Positions 10,061 to 18,941 of a DNA stretch of 64,000 bases are shown here, in pieces (the first letter of the stretch is position 1; every line of letters starts with the position of its first letter). Below the pieces are notes generated by a model. The model was given only the letters and a program-made list of their open reading frames with translations, searched no databases and had not been told where the DNA came from. Both the position numbers and the translations under genes were made by a program. The stretch is from assembly GCA_015231865.1 (NCBI GenBank), contig JADGAU010000001.1, positions 44,559 to 108,558 of the forward strand, given 5' to 3'. Origin of the DNA: Gammaproteobacteria bacterium. GTDB taxonomy: Bacteria; Pseudomonadota; Gammaproteobacteria; GRL18.

Positions 10061-11290
10061 ATGAATAAAACAATAAAACTTATATTTGCTTCATCTCTTG
10101 CATTAACTTTCAATATTGCCCATTCATCTGCGGATTTTTTCGATTTTAATTCAACTTACTGGCAAAACTCAACAGCCAACTATGAAACCACTAATAATGG
10201 AGATGGAACCTTTACTCAAGTTGGTGAAGCTAAACTTTTTTCCTCAACAATTACAGCAAAACTGATAACGACTCAAGAGGGTGAATATTCCGACAACGGC
10301 ACTGATAAATTAAGTATAACTTTCTCATCTGCAGGCAGAGAATCAATTGCTTTTGAAAACCTTGGCAAAACTGATGCGGAAAACTGGCTTGATGACAATG
10401 CAGATAAAGTAGCGATTCTTTTATTTGCCAGCAATTTAGGTACTTCTTTAGCAGGTGAAGACTCTGCAACAACTGAAGCTAATGGTGTCATTGATACACT
10501 AATTTTCACACCAACAAATAAACAGGGTTCTAAAGAAAAAATTAAAAAAGATGGCCTTACGGTTACAGCTAGTAGAAGTTTAGCAAGTGGTGCACTTTTT
10601 TACTCTAAATTTGATAATGATGGAGATAAAGGAACTCGTACCGGTATTACTATAGGATATGATACAGACATTAGCGAGAACTTAACTGTGAAATTTCTTT
10701 TACCTTATAATCAAGTCGAAATTGATGATAGTGTCAATACCAGTTCTCAAGTATTATCCCCCTCTTTTGCGTTTAGTTACTTAGTTTCAGACACTGACGA
10801 CAGTCAAGTTAAAATTGGTGCAAATATACAACTTACGGCTACTTATAGTGAAACTGATTTAACAGATCTCGGTTATTTAAGATATAGTTCAACTATTTTC
10901 GGGTCATATCGTTACTTTGCTTCAGACAATATGACGATTACTACTGGTGCGACTTTGGGTTATGGTGAGTACACAGCTCCCGGCGTAGATGATCCGACTA
11001 TTACTAAGATTTTTGAATCAATGGGAACTGATATTGTTTTAGGCTTTGGTGGCTTAATTGAATACGATTTTGATGATAGCAAAGGTATGGATTTTCAAAT
11101 ATCCGGATCACACAATTTTAACTCAACACTAATTGATGGAAAAGACTATATATCATTTGGACCAACGTTCAGATATAGCGTCATGGATACTTTTAATTTA
11201 AACATAGGATACAAACATACTGAAAAACTTAGTAGTGATACAGATTATAGTTCAGATACTATTATGTTAAATGCTCTTTATCAGTTTTGA
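10061..11290 (+). CDS. Outer-membrane beta-barrel protein, autotransporter-like (short passenger plus barrel)
   Basis: Signal peptide ending AHS/AD; about 150-aa N/T/D-rich region; amphipathic beta-strand pattern; C-terminal LNALYQF with terminal Phe. Confidence 0.6.
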   Translation: MNKTIKLIFASSLALTFNIAHSSADFFDFNSTYWQNSTANYETTNNGDGTFTQVGEAKLFSSTITAKLITTQEGEYSDNGTDKLSITFSSAGRESIAFENLGKTDAENWLDDNADKVAILLFASNLGTSLAGEDSATTEANGVIDTLIFTPTNKQGSKEKIKKDGLTVTASRSLASGALFYSKFDNDGDKGTRTGITIGYDTDISENLTVKFLLPYNQVEIDDSVNTSSQVLSPSFAFSYLVSDTDDSQVKIGANIQLTATYSETDLTDLGYLRYSSTIFGSYRYFASDNMTITTGATLGYGEYTAPGVDDPTITKIFESMGTDIVLGFGGLIEYDFDDSKGMDFQISGSHNFNSTLIDGKDYISFGPTFRYSVMDTFNLNIGYKHTEKLSSDTDYSSDTIMLNALYQF

Positions 11291-11305
11291 TATCTGATCA
11301 ATATT

Positions 11306-11932
11306 ATGTATAAATTTGTTTTAACTTTTTTTGCCTTATTTCTTATCACTCCACCCATCTGTGCTAATACTCGGGACACTATATATGTTTTCGGATATCT
11401 AAATTCTGTCGACAATAAGACCTGGCAAAATAGCCATGTAGGTTTTGGTGTAAAAAATCAGTTAAAACAAATTTTATTTGATAGCAATCAATTTACTATT
11501 AAGGAAGAAAAAGAGCTAAAAAACCGTGAGCAAACTTCTAATGAGAGCTGGATGTTGTCAAAAGAAAGTGTAACTATCGATAATCTCAAAATGATGTCGA
11601 AAAAAAATGATATTAATATTATCTTTTGGGTTGAAGTAGTCAGTTTTGGAAAGTTAAACAGCAAACTATTTATTGGCCCTTTTTCATCTAGCAGCAAGCG
11701 TACCAATCTGGTCGCCAAGGTATGCATGTTTTTATCAAGTTCACATGAAATCACTTGCGAATTAGGAGTTGGCAAATCACGTAGAAAATCAAGTTCTTTT
11801 TTATTTACACTCAAAGATCATCGACAGGGAAGAAAAGTTTTTGATGGTTCAATGGTGGGTAAAATTTCCAATAAAGCGATAAGTGACTCTGCCACAAAAT
11901 TACTGGAAAAACTGGAAGATAAACTAAGATGA
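11306..11932 (+). CDS. Secreted CsgG-like domain protein
   Basis: Signal peptide. The module VFGYLNS..HVGFGVKNQLKQILFDSNQFTIKEEKE is paralogous to the N-domain of the next gene and fits the CsgG/HfaB-type pattern. No canonical lipobox (PPIC-A). Confidence 0.45.
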   Translation: MYKFVLTFFALFLITPPICANTRDTIYVFGYLNSVDNKTWQNSHVGFGVKNQLKQILFDSNQFTIKEEKELKNREQTSNESWMLSKESVTIDNLKMMSKKNDINIIFWVEVVSFGKLNSKLFIGPFSSSSKRTNLVAKVCMFLSSSHEITCELGVGKSRRKSSSFLFTLKDHRQGRKVFDGSMVGKISNKAISDSATKLLEKLEDKLR

Positions 11933-11965
11933 CTTCCTAAGTCAGACTACTTGTAAGGGCAAATT

Positions 11966-13573
11966 ATGATTTATTCTAAATTATTAAATTCATTGATCAT
12001 TATCTTTATTCTATTGCTAGCTTCATGTGCAACAGAAAAAACAACAATAGAAGACATTAAAACACCATTAGACACGAAAAAAGAAGCACAAAAATCGCTT
12101 GCCTATCCTGTTTATTATGGCCTGCCAAGGAAAGTAATGGTTTTCCCATGGAATATTTCTAAAGTTGATTTAGACAAATATCCTCACTTCAGAAATTTAC
12201 AAATTGGTTTTGGTATTAGTAACCGATTACTCGATGAATTATTTCAAAGTGGTCAGTTTGAACTAATTGAAGAAAAACAAGCTGTAATATCCAGGATGTT
12301 GCAGCAAATGCAACAATGTACAACCGGTCTGTGCAATAATAATTATGCACCAATGCAGAAACTGCCAAGTCCTACATATATTGTATACCCAGAGGTATAC
12401 CATGTTGGTGTAGAAAAGAATGTATCGATCAAAGGTTTATCATCCGAAGCGAAGTTAACAACTGAAATAGGCGTACAAATTAATTTTGTCGATGTAAAGT
12501 CAGGTACTACACGCTCATTAGGTAGTGCTATTGGCAGCCATCCAAACTCACAAAAATCGACAATATTATCAAATCCAAAAATTGATTTTAGCCAATCTGC
12601 ATTAGGAAAAGCCGCTGAAAAAGCTATAAAAATGGCGCTAATCAAATCAATAAAAAACTTACCACCGGAATCTCAAAAAAGCTCACCGCCAATAAGGCCT
12701 GATAATAGTAATAATTCTGCAACTATTGCAGTAACAGACTTGCCTGGTTCAATTACAAATATTGCGAATAGAGAATCCCCAAAAGACAATTCAATTATAA
12801 AAGCCATTAAAACTGCTGAGAAATCATCTACCAAGAAAGATATTAGCACTTTTATGGATAAAAATAACTTTCATGCTTTTATTATTGGTAATAACCAATA
12901 CCAACATGTTACTAAATTAGAAACTGCTGTTAACGATGCCAATGAAATAGCGAGTGTATTGAAAAATGATTACGGATTTAAAACTGAAGTACTTATTGAT
13001 GCCACTAGACAAGAAATCATTGCCAAATTTGATAGTTTAAGAAAAAAATTAAAGAAAAAAGATAAATTATTAATTTATTATGCTGGGCATGGATATTACG
13101 ATGAATCTGCAGATCGTGGTTATTGGCTTCCGGTCAATTCAACAACAGACAATACCGCCGAATGGATTTCAAATATTGATATAACCGATAAGGTCAGATC
13201 GATTCAGGCAGAACATGTCATTGTAATCTCGGATAGTTGTTATTCTGGAACACTCACCAGAGGGCTTTATATTGATTTGCGTCCCACTGAAACATTATCT
13301 GAATATCACTATAGAATGATGACTAAACCTGCTAGAACTGTTATGACTTCAGGTGGTTTAGAACCAGTTTCTGATGGCGGAAGAGGTAACCACTCAGTTT
13401 TTGCAGGTGCCTTTTTAGACTCATTAAAAGCTAACAAAAAGGCTATTGATGGAATGGCTTTATTTAATCAAGTTAAAACGCAAGTAACAGCCTCTGCCGA
13501 ACAGACACCTGAATATTCAGATATTAAAAGAGCTGGTCACAAGGGTGGAGATTTTATTTTTATTAAAAGATAA
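11966..13573 (+). CDS. Lipoprotein with N-terminal CsgG-like domain and C-terminal caspase (peptidase C14) domain
   Basis: Lipobox LLLAS-C21. CsgG-like pattern at aa about 45-232 (IGFGISNRLLDELFQSGQFELIEEKQ). P/S/N linker. Caspase fold at aa about 301-535 with LLIYYAGHG (H375) and VIVISDSCYSG (C425). Confidence 0.7.
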   Translation: MIYSKLLNSLIIIFILLLASCATEKTTIEDIKTPLDTKKEAQKSLAYPVYYGLPRKVMVFPWNISKVDLDKYPHFRNLQIGFGISNRLLDELFQSGQFELIEEKQAVISRMLQQMQQCTTGLCNNNYAPMQKLPSPTYIVYPEVYHVGVEKNVSIKGLSSEAKLTTEIGVQINFVDVKSGTTRSLGSAIGSHPNSQKSTILSNPKIDFSQSALGKAAEKAIKMALIKSIKNLPPESQKSSPPIRPDNSNNSATIAVTDLPGSITNIANRESPKDNSIIKAIKTAEKSSTKKDISTFMDKNNFHAFIIGNNQYQHVTKLETAVNDANEIASVLKNDYGFKTEVLIDATRQEIIAKFDSLRKKLKKKDKLLIYYAGHGYYDESADRGYWLPVNSTTDNTAEWISNIDITDKVRSIQAEHVIVISDSCYSGTLTRGLYIDLRPTETLSEYHYRMMTKPARTVMTSGGLEPVSDGGRGNHSVFAGAFLDSLKANKKAIDGMALFNQVKTQVTASAEQTPEYSDIKRAGHKGGDFIFIKR

Positions 13574-13612
13574 AGAAATTAATATACTAGAACCTCATTG
13601 CGTCAGAGTTTG

Positions 13613-13636
13613 AAAACTCTCTAACTGAGAGTTTTT
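13613..13636. terminator. Bidirectional hairpin terminator between the caspase-lipoprotein gene and pyrE
   Basis: aaaactctc / taact / gagagtttt forms a 9-bp stem flanked by A and T runs. A second small hairpin lies just upstream (agagtt tgaa aactct). Confidence 0.6.
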
Positions 13637-13656
13637 ATTAACAAAAGACTTTAATT

Positions 13657-14310
13657 TTAACAATCACCATATTCATCGCGATATGCCTGTACTTTAGTTG
13701 CATACTCTTGCAATTCAGGCATATTATCAACTGATTCCAGGTATTTAATCAAGTCGGCTAATTTAATAATACTGGTAACAGGAATTTGAAACTGTTGTTC
13801 TATTTCTTTAATGGCTGAAATATCATTTTTACCTCTTTCCTGCCTGTCCAGGGCAATGACTACACCTGCAGCTTTGGCATTTTCATGCTCTATAATATCC
13901 ATTGATTCACGTACAGAAGTACCCGCAGAAATAACATCGTCAATAATCATCACTTTACCGTTTAAAGGTGAACCGACTAAATTACCGCCTTCCCCATGAT
14001 CTTTGACTTCTTTACGATTAAAACAATAAGGTGTTTCCTTTTGATGATTATCAGCCAAAGCAATTGCACAAGTAGATGCTAATGGTATTCCCTTATAGGC
14101 GGGACCAAACAAAACATCAAATTCAATCTGACTATCTATCAAAGCCTGTGCATAAAATCGTCCCAATTTTGCCAAACTGGAACCCGTATTAAATAAACCA
14201 CTATTAAAAAAATATGGACTTAAACGACCAGATTTTAAGGTAAATTCACCGAAGCGCAAAACACCTAAATCGATAGCAAATTTGATAAATTCCTGTTGAT
14301 AAGCTTTCAT
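13657..14310 (-). CDS. pyrE: Orotate phosphoribosyltransferase
   Basis: PRPP-binding loop [13 protein letters not shown]; 217 aa; typical PyrE N-terminus MKAYQQEFI. Confidence 0.92.
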   Translation of the reverse strand: MKAYQQEFIKFAIDLGVLRFGEFTLKSGRLSPYFFNSGLFNTGSSLAKLGRFYAQALIDSQIEFDVLFGPAYKGIPLASTCAIALADNHQKETPYCFNRKEVKDHGEGGNLVGSPLNGKVMIIDDVISAGTSVRESMDIIEHENAKAAGVVIALDRQERGKNDISAIKEIEQQFQIPVTSIIKLADLIKYLESVDNMPELQEYATKVQAYRDEYGDC

Positions 14311-14621
14311 ATTTTAGTCCATATTTTGTTTAAGATTAGCTAATTATATTCGATTATGAGCTAATCTGTTAGAATGAAAGTATATAAATAATCTAGGTTG
14401 CGTTTAAGGAAAAATAGTTCTGAAAGACAAGGTGTTAGTTTTTTTGACGTAAGCCCTGTCGGACAGGTAAGAAAGTAAGTCTTATAACGGAGTTTGGCGA
14501 CATACTTATACGTTAGGTAACTTCTAAGAGCTTGCTGTAGTCAAAAAAATCAATGGCTTGGCTAATATTCACATAAAACTCAACTTAAATAAACAAGAAA
14601 AAATAAACAGGGAATTAATCA

Positions 14622-15419
14622 GTGAAAGTTATTTCAGCAAATTTAAATGGCATTAGAGCGGCAGCTAAAAAAGGTTTTTTTGATTGGATGTTAAATGAAC
14701 AACCAGATGTCGTCTGTATTCAGGAAACCAAAGCACAAATTGACCAATTAGATGCCGAAGTATTCTCTCCCGATGGTTATCATCGCTATTTTTTTGATGC
14801 TGAAAAAAAAGGTTATAGCGGTACTGCCATTTATAGCAAAGTGGAGCCTGATAATATTACTAAGGGTTTAGGCTGGGATATTGCCGATAATGAAGGGCGT
14901 TATCTTCAGGCTGATTTTGGAGATTTAAGTATCGCCTCGTTATATCTTCCTTCAGGTTCATCAAAAGATGATCGCCAGACCTTAAAAATGGAATTTTTGG
15001 ATAAGCTCAATCCAATTTTACAAGAAATGAAAGATGGCTCTCGAGATTATATTATCTGTGGAGACTGGAATATTGTTCATAAACGCATTGATATTAAAAA
15101 CTTTACCGGCAATAAAAACCGTTCTGGCTGTTTACCCGAAGAACGTGCCTGGCTGGATAAAGTGTTTGATGATCCTGAAGCCAATGTAGCAGAACCGATA
15201 GGCATGGTTGATGCCTTTAGAGTATTAAACCAGGAACCGGAACAATATACCTGGTGGTCCAATCGTGGTCAGGCCTGGGCCAACAATACGGGTTGGCGTA
15301 TTGATTATCAGATTATAACGCCATCATTAAAGGAAAAGCTTATCAGTACCAGTATTTATAAAGATCAACGCTTTTCAGATCATGCGCCATTAATTGTTAA
15401 TTATGACATGGACATTTAA
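14622..15419 (+). CDS. xthA: Exodeoxyribonuclease III
   Basis: GTG start; MKVISANLNGIRAA, CIQETK, SDHAPL motifs; 265 aa. Confidence 0.9.
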   Translation: MKVISANLNGIRAAAKKGFFDWMLNEQPDVVCIQETKAQIDQLDAEVFSPDGYHRYFFDAEKKGYSGTAIYSKVEPDNITKGLGWDIADNEGRYLQADFGDLSIASLYLPSGSSKDDRQTLKMEFLDKLNPILQEMKDGSRDYIICGDWNIVHKRIDIKNFTGNKNRSGCLPEERAWLDKVFDDPEANVAEPIGMVDAFRVLNQEPEQYTWWSNRGQAWANNTGWRIDYQIITPSLKEKLISTSIYKDQRFSDHAPLIVNYDMDI

Positions 15420-15442
15420 AGTTATAGGTTTAACTAAGTGCA

Positions 15443-16162
15443 ATGAATTTAGCTGATCCACAATTATTGACTGCCTTTCTTGCCGGCTTATTAGGTGGAG
15501 CACATTGTTTAGGAATGTGTGGCGGTATAGTCGCATCATTGAGTTTTGGATTGCCGCAAAGTGTATCAGTGCATAATCAATCTAATCTCATCAACCGTGA
15601 ATTGATTGGTTACTTATTTTTCTATAATTTGGGGAGAATACTTTCCTATACCATTGCTGGTATGTTAGTAGGTGGATTTACTATGATGGCTGCTAATTTA
15701 ATTAATATTAATCAGGTACAAGTAGTCTTGCATCTATTCGCTGGCTTATTAATGCTGGCATTGGGCTTATACTTAGCTGGCTGGTGGGGCGGCATCGTTA
15801 AGATTGAACAACTCGGTGGGCCTGTTTGGAAAAAAATAGAGCCAATTTCCAAACAATTTATTCCAGTTAAAAGTTATAAAAATGCTTTTTTCTTAGGTAT
15901 TCTCTGGGGATGGTTACCCTGTGGCTTAGTTTATACTATTTTGTTTATGGCAATTGCTTCGGCCAGTCTGATACAGGGTGGACTGATTATGCTGTGTTTT
16001 GCTTTAGGAACATTCCCTATGTTAATGTTTATGGGTGTTTTTGCTGGCAGCTTAAGAGAGTTTGTGCAAAATCAATTCTTTCGTCAAATGGCTGGAACAA
16101 GTATTATGCTTTTTGCTTGTTATAGTTTGTTTCTGGCGTATCAATCAACGATCATCAAGTAA
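15443..16162 (+). CDS. DsbD_2/TauE-like membrane protein (HCxxMCGG motif)
   Basis: 6-7 TM helices; GGAHCLGMCGGI near the N-terminus and WLPCGLVY later. Confidence 0.6.
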   Translation: MNLADPQLLTAFLAGLLGGAHCLGMCGGIVASLSFGLPQSVSVHNQSNLINRELIGYLFFYNLGRILSYTIAGMLVGGFTMMAANLININQVQVVLHLFAGLLMLALGLYLAGWWGGIVKIEQLGGPVWKKIEPISKQFIPVKSYKNAFFLGILWGWLPCGLVYTILFMAIASASLIQGGLIMLCFALGTFPMLMFMGVFAGSLREFVQNQFFRQMAGTSIMLFACYSLFLAYQSTIIK

Positions 16163-16214
16163 ACGGCGCACTAAGTAAACAATGATCAAACAAACAAAAC
16201 GATAAAGTAGAAAA

Positions 16215-17696
16215 ATGGAATATAAAGACTTACGAGATTTTATAGAAAAACTGGAAGAAATGGGTGAATTAAAACGAATTCAGCATGAAATTGATCCCTA
16301 TCTTGAAATGACTGAAATTGCTGACAGGACTCTTAGAGCAGGTGGGCCAGCATTACTATTTGAAAATCCTAAAGGTTATGATATGCCCGTATTAGCCAAC
16401 CTATTTGGCACACCTAAGCGTGTTGCTATGGGAATGGGTGAGGAGTCGGTCGATAAATTAAGAGATGTGGGGAAATTATTAGCCTTTTTAAAGGAACCAG
16501 AACCACCGAAAGGCTTTAAAGATGTATTAAATAAAATGCCCCAATTTCGAAGAGTTTTGGATATGCATCCAAAAGTTCTTAGAAGCTCTCCTTGTCAAAA
16601 GAAAGTATTTAAAGGTGATGATGTTGATATTAGCAAAATACCAATACAAACCTGTTGGCCTGGTGATGCGGCACCATTAATCACCTGGGGCTTAGTTGTT
16701 ACTAAAGGTCCGGAAAAAGATCGCCAGAATATGGGTATTTACAGACAACAAGTATTAAATAAAAATCAGGTTATTATGCGCTGGCTTGCTCATCGTGGAG
16801 GGGCACTTGATTTTAAAGAATGGTGTAGTAAACATCCTGGAGAAAAATTTCCTATTTCGGTTTCCTTGGGTGCTGATCCAGCAACCATTTTAGCGGCCGT
16901 TACACCTGTGCCAGATTCGTTATCTGAATATGCTTTTGCAGGCCTTTTACGTGGCTCTAAAACTGAATTAGTAAAATGTATTACTAATGATTTACAAGTA
17001 CCTGCAAGCAGTGAAATTGTTCTAGAAGGTTATTTACAAGAAGGAGTTGTTGCAGAAGAAGGTCCTTATGGCGATCACACCGGATATTATAATGAAGTTG
17101 AATCTTTTCCGGTATTTACTATTGAATGCATTACCATGAGAGAAAATCCTATCTATCATAGCACTTATACAGGACGCCCTCCTGATGAACCAGCTATTTT
17201 GGGCGTGGCTTTAAACGAAGTGTTTGTTCCTATTTTACAAAAGCAGTTCCCTGAAATTGTTGACTTTTATTTACCACCGGAAGGTTGCTCTTATCGTATG
17301 GCTGTAGTCACCATTAAAAAGCAATATCCCGGGCATGCGAAAAGAATTATGTTTGGTGTTTGGTCTTTTTTACGTCAGTTTATGTATACCAAATTTATCA
17401 TTATTTGTGATGATGATGTTAATGCCCGTGATTGGAATGATGTGATGTGGGCAATTACCACTCGTATGGATCCAATTCGTGATACCACATTAATTGACAA
17501 TACACCAATCGATTATCTTGATTTTGCTTCTCCTGTCTCTGGCTTAGGTTCTAAGATGGGGCTTGATGCAACATCCAAGCTACCTGGAGAAACCAATAGA
17601 GAATGGGGGAAACCGATTGTCAAAGATGAAAATATCACTAAAAAAATCGATCTTATTTGGAATGAACTTGATATAATATCTGAAACGAATAATTAA
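16215..17696 (+). CDS. ubiD: UbiD-family decarboxylase (4-hydroxy-3-polyprenylbenzoate decarboxylase)
   Basis: 493 aa; [14 protein letters not shown] N-terminus, [22 protein letters not shown]. Confidence 0.9.
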   Translation: MEYKDLRDFIEKLEEMGELKRIQHEIDPYLEMTEIADRTLRAGGPALLFENPKGYDMPVLANLFGTPKRVAMGMGEESVDKLRDVGKLLAFLKEPEPPKGFKDVLNKMPQFRRVLDMHPKVLRSSPCQKKVFKGDDVDISKIPIQTCWPGDAAPLITWGLVVTKGPEKDRQNMGIYRQQVLNKNQVIMRWLAHRGGALDFKEWCSKHPGEKFPISVSLGADPATILAAVTPVPDSLSEYAFAGLLRGSKTELVKCITNDLQVPASSEIVLEGYLQEGVVAEEGPYGDHTGYYNEVESFPVFTIECITMRENPIYHSTYTGRPPDEPAILGVALNEVFVPILQKQFPEIVDFYLPPEGCSYRMAVVTIKKQYPGHAKRIMFGVWSFLRQFMYTKFIIICDDDVNARDWNDVMWAITTRMDPIRDTTLIDNTPIDYLDFASPVSGLGSKMGLDATSKLPGETNREWGKPIVKDENITKKIDLIWNELDIISETNN

Positions 17697-17712
17697 TTGT
17701 TTCAAGCTCTTA

Positions 17713-18933
17713 ATGCCTAATAACATGTCCAAATTAAAAAAAATAAAGATTGATCAAATAGAAGTTGGAATGTTTATCCATAAAATAGATATTTCATGGA
17801 TAAATAGTCCATTTTTAAGGCACCGCCGAAAAATAGAAAAAGAAAAAGATATTTTATTACTCAAAAAATCAGGCGTTAAAAATGTTGTGATTGATTTATC
17901 AAAAGGAAAAGATATTACGCCTGTTAAATCAGATTCATCTGATGAAATCAATGAACAGAATACTGATGAAAATACTTTTCAACAAAATGATAATGACGAA
18001 CCGTCGGTTCCTTTAAGTGAAGAAATGCTTGTTGCCAGAAAAGTTCAGCAACAAATTCATCATCTTGTTTCAGATTTGAATGAAAAAATTAAAAATGATG
18101 AGCCTATCAATGTCGACTCAATTAAGCCTATTATTTCTGAAACACTGGCAAGTCTGAAGCGAAACGATCAAGCATTATTATCTATCTTACATATGCATCG
18201 TAAAGATGTACGACTTGATTCCCATGCCTTTGGGGTATTCAGTATTGTTTTACCTTTAGCTATTAAATGTAAACTTTCTCATGAAGATATTGATATTTTA
18301 GGCATGGCTGCACTATTACATGATTGTGGCTGGTCTCGCCTGCCAATTAATCTTATAGGCAAAAGACAAGCATATACCGAGAGAGAACAACAACTCATTA
18401 AGCAGCATACTACTATTGCTGTTAACGCACTACAACTAAGTAACTGTGTTTCAAAGGATGTACTGCAACTGGTTGCTCAACATCATGAAAATTCTAATGG
18501 TGATGGTTATCCTGGAAAACTAAAAGAAGAAAAATTACATCGTTTACATCATTATTTACAAATAGCCGATATATATGATGAACGTATACATGGCTTTGAT
18601 GATCAACCTGCAGAATTACCCGCAAACGCACTTAGATTAATTTATCAAAAAAGTACTCTCGGGTTTTTTCCGACTATTTTAGCCGTAGAAATGCTTAGAA
18701 TCATGGGAATTTATCCTATTAGCACCATTGTAAAATTAACCTCTGGTGAAATCGGCATTGTTCGGGAAATTAATCGCAAACTACCTTTATTACCCTTAGT
18801 AGAATTATTACTGGATGAAAATAATCAGCTATTAACTCAGCGTGAAATGATAAATTTATCCAGCAAAGAAGAAAGCCGTTTAGTGGCGGATGTGTTGGAT
18901 GATAGTGCATTACCTGCTGATATTGTAATTTAA
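17713..18933 (+). CDS. HD-GYP domain c-di-GMP phosphodiesterase-like protein
   Basis: LLHDCGW (HD) and HHENSNGDGYPG (GYP). The N-terminal IKIDQIEVGMFIHK resembles the DUF3391-type leader of HD-GYP proteins. Confidence 0.8.
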   Translation: MPNNMSKLKKIKIDQIEVGMFIHKIDISWINSPFLRHRRKIEKEKDILLLKKSGVKNVVIDLSKGKDITPVKSDSSDEINEQNTDENTFQQNDNDEPSVPLSEEMLVARKVQQQIHHLVSDLNEKIKNDEPINVDSIKPIISETLASLKRNDQALLSILHMHRKDVRLDSHAFGVFSIVLPLAIKCKLSHEDIDILGMAALLHDCGWSRLPINLIGKRQAYTEREQQLIKQHTTIAVNALQLSNCVSKDVLQLVAQHHENSNGDGYPGKLKEEKLHRLHHYLQIADIYDERIHGFDDQPAELPANALRLIYQKSTLGFFPTILAVEMLRIMGIYPISTIVKLTSGEIGIVREINRKLPLLPLVELLLDENNQLLTQREMINLSSKEESRLVADVLDDSALPADIVI

Positions 18934-18941
18934 GGACGCTA

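Noticed and set aside
10251-12645. Antisense or alternative-frame ORFs inside the caspase operon (10251..10472, 10273..10509, 11488..11814, 12343..12645)
   Set aside because: They are embedded opposite longer ORFs that have signal peptides and recognisable domains, and they have no independent support.
14395-14570. 6S RNA (ssrS) identity for the pyrE-xthA intergenic structure
   Set aside because: The genomic context is not the usual one (ssrS normally lies upstream of the 5-formyl-THF cyclo-ligase gene). I could not reconstruct the closing stem plus central bubble convincingly by eye. I kept it only as a generic structured-RNA candidate.
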